Below are positions 61,536-64,000 of a stretch of DNA of 64,000 nt, piece after piece (position 1 is the first letter of the stretch; each line of letters opens with the position of its first letter). The stretch spans positions 15,036,227 through 15,100,226 of the forward strand of contig NC_068995.1 of the NCBI RefSeq assembly GCF_001194135.2. Reading direction: 5' to 3'. A program made the translations under genes and the position numbers. Origin of the DNA: Octopus bimaculoides. Lineage: Eukaryota. The notes beneath the pieces were generated by a model, which saw only the letters and a program-made list of their open reading frames with translations, was not told the DNA's origin and ran no database searches.

Positions 61536-61748
61536 ATGCGCAGTGATCTCGCAGAATGATTACTAATAGTGTTATAAATTTTAAATTTCAATCACAGTTA
61601 TTTCAATTCTAATAAATTTAAAATAATTTATGTTTTAATTATTAAGCAAGATTTTGATGACTATCTGAAAATTTAATGCTCATAATTAAATCAATCGGAC
61701 GCCAGTCGTATGCGGTTCGACTTCTACTTCCGTTTATATTGACTTAGC

Positions 61749-61795
61749 CTTTCCGGTTGCTTACATTGTTGAGCATAGAGGCAAAGATGGTGAGT
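61749..61795 (+). promoter_or_regulatory. Probable first exon of a divergent + strand gene: TCT initiator, short 5'UTR, ATG then splice donor
   Basis: CCTTTCC at 61748-61754 fits YC+1TYTYY; ETS-like TTCCGG and ACTTCCG nearby; AAAGATG|GTGAGT with ATG at 61787-61789. No second exon found in the window. Confidence 0.6.
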
Positions 61796-62294
61796 TAAAA
61801 TATATCTCTTAATTTATCTATGAATTATCCAGCATCTGTCCATAAAATATCGCTCTTTTATAAATTAATATTTAACAATTAAGAATCTGTAGCTATTTTA
61901 AAAATTTTGTTTGTATTTCATTAGACAATGCTCATATATTATTGCATTTTTCCCCACGAGATAGTTATTACGTTTGTAAAATTTTCTCATTCCTCGAATT
62001 ATTTCATTTTCTGATCTTAAACAGACTGCTGAACAGTTATACATTAGCATATCACGCTATTTTATGACAATGCTTAAAGAAATATATATTTGTACCCCAT
62101 GCTTTCATATTGTGAATTAATATGTATATATAACGGTTATCGCCTCGGCGAACTTTTAAAGATTATTTAGTAAGTATGGATCCTCGTCCGACTTATTTAA
62201 TAATGTTTAGCATGTTTCTACTATATATAACTTAATCTATGGGCATTTGATAAGCCATCAAATAAATGACCAGCTATTTATATATAAAAGACGG

Positions 62295-62481
62295 GGTACA
62301 CATTGGGATTAGACACTGAGGGAAAACCGCTGTAACTTTTTTATTTTTCATTTTGGCGATTTATAGGGGGAATCGCATGACCGTGATATGTAGAACACAT
62401 TATCGAAAGCGAAAATCGCCAAAATGAAAAAATAAATAAGTTACAGCGGTTTTCCCTCAGTGTCTAATCCCAATGTGCACC
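62295..62481. mobile_element. MITE with about 70-bp TIRs and a 5-bp TSD (GACGG)
   Basis: GGT(A/G)CACATTGGGATTAGACACTGAGGGAAAACCGCTGTAACTT... at both ends; GACGG at 62290-62294 and 62482-62486. Confidence 0.85.
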
Positions 62482-62859
62482 GACGGAGAAAGGTTTTAGA
62501 AAGATGGATTAATTTAAAAAGAAAAATTCCTTACAAGTTAATAGCTGAAAAAGGTGTGTGTTGAAAAACACGTGGAAATTGTTAGTTTGTTGCTATACGG
62601 TTTATCAATGCCATATGCCAACAAACAACATGTTACCATATACATACGTACGCGACAAGGTTTCTTGGTATTAAGCTTCACGTCAACTTTGATTCAAAAC
62701 TTACGATCAAGTATAGCACGTGTGTCGTTTTAAGGAGAATCTAGCTGCTGTTTTTAACAGATTTAGCAACCACATGAAAAACTACCTCCTTGACTCAACA
62801 GTAGTAGCTTTACACTATTATAGCCAATGGGTCACAGCCTCTCCTGATCCTCAGAAAAA

Positions 62860-63660
62860 CCTGTTGAGATATGGAACGGTGAATAAGTTGGTGTTATGCC
62901 CAGTGGCCTGTGTCGCAGTATCATGGTCAACAGCTACAATAGCAGTGATGGTGCTATGGGAAAATGCAGAGACGTAAAACTTCTTGACTAGGTTATTATG
63001 AATGCTATTGAAAGAATTAGAGCACAATTGATTGGGCAAAAATTTAACTAGGTGAGTGCAGTGTTGCTTTGAACTAAGAATAGTGCTATTGATAATCTCA
63101 TCCTAGTGAGACCACTGCAGAAGTATTTAGCATTTGTCAACTTGTAGGCCTCTTACGCTCGAAAAAAAAAAAATTTATGAATTTTTGCTACATTCACATG
63201 AGTCTAGGGCTATGTATAAATGATCAAAGTATGGCTTTGATGCCAAGTTTTGCTAGATAAATTATTATTCTTTATCTTCAGAAAGGTTTTTGTATGAATA
63301 TTTTCATTTTATTTATTGATCAAATGTATTTTCCTTTGTCTCATTAGTATATCTAGTAATTTCTTGGATATTGATACATTTTAATATGTATTACCAGCAA
63401 GAAAAATGAAAAAAAAAATGAGTAAAATTTATCAATAGAAAACGTCAAGTAAGCTCCAACACTTGGTTGGATATATAAACAGTGACCATGACTGTAGTGC
63501 CATACACTGTTCTCAGCATTTTTGTTATCCCAGAAACTGGAGTCTGTATCAGTTGAGTGGAAGCCATGTGGTCAGACAGAAAATCCTGATTGATACTGGA
63601 CATCACTTAATCTAGAACCATTTAGCTGAGTTTTTGTAGGCTCAGAGGTTTGGTGAAGGA
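62860..63660 (+). mobile_element. Degenerate RTE-LINE reverse transcriptase remnant
   Basis: VMPSGLCRSIMVNSY...RDVKLLD*V..AIERIRAQLI, LVR.LQ.KYLA and AFVNL, with stop codons. Confidence 0.65.
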
Positions 63661-64000
63661 TCCTATCTCATTCTGGAGCCGGGTTTCCACATTAATTCTT
63701 TATTACCCATTTCTGTTTTGCTTTCATAGTTTAATCATCAACAACAGCATCGGGCACAAATCTCACTACCACTTGTCCCTCCATTAAGGTCCCTAATATT
63801 CATCTTGAATATTAGTGACCTCACTGGTACTTATACAAAGAACCCAGTACATACTACAAAGTGCTTGGTGTTAGGAAAGGCATCCAGCCAAAGATGCCAT
63901 GCCAAAGCAGACAGATGTCGTTAGCAGCTCTTGTCAAAGTGTGTGACCAATGCCATCAGGGAAAATGGATGTTAAATGATGATTTTATTATTAAAATTAC

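Noticed and set aside
62720-62977. ORF as the second exon of the + strand gene
   Set aside because: Wrong phase after the ATG| donor, and another frame matches decayed RTE reverse transcriptase.

Overview
AT-rich, repeat-dense animal genomic DNA with assembly gaps at 7824-7957, 24606-25429, 31168-31177 and 60853-60862. The SINE, MITE and LINE families look like those of Octopus (inferred from recalled family sequences, not a database search). Genes: (1) an intronless UTP15 on + (1856-3391); (2) a large minus-strand AGBL2/AGBL3-type cytosolic carboxypeptidase (CCP2/3, tubulin deglutamylase). I reconstructed 22 coding exons between 53081 and 6825 by hand. Splice phases are consistent except at the last junction, one catalytic exon is probably in the 24.6-25.4 kb gap, and the ATG exon was not found; (3) the probable first exon (TCT initiator, ATG|gtgagt) of a divergent + strand gene at about 61749-61789. 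Introns contain tRNA-derived SINEs, RTE, CR1/L2, R4/Dong and Penelope remnants, mariner relics and several MITE types. Most notable: a minimal type I hammerhead ribozyme motif, a roughly 47-residue poly-E/D tract inside the deglutamylase, a probable GC-AG intron right after the catalytic Glu codon, a CpG-rich foldback MITE with telomeric repeats, a 5-bp-TSD MITE with RSS-like heptamers, and a tRNA-Trp 3' fragment (PBS-like) next to a mini-LTR-like hairpin. Homology statements rest on recalled motifs. Repeat boundaries are approximate unless exact termini are given.
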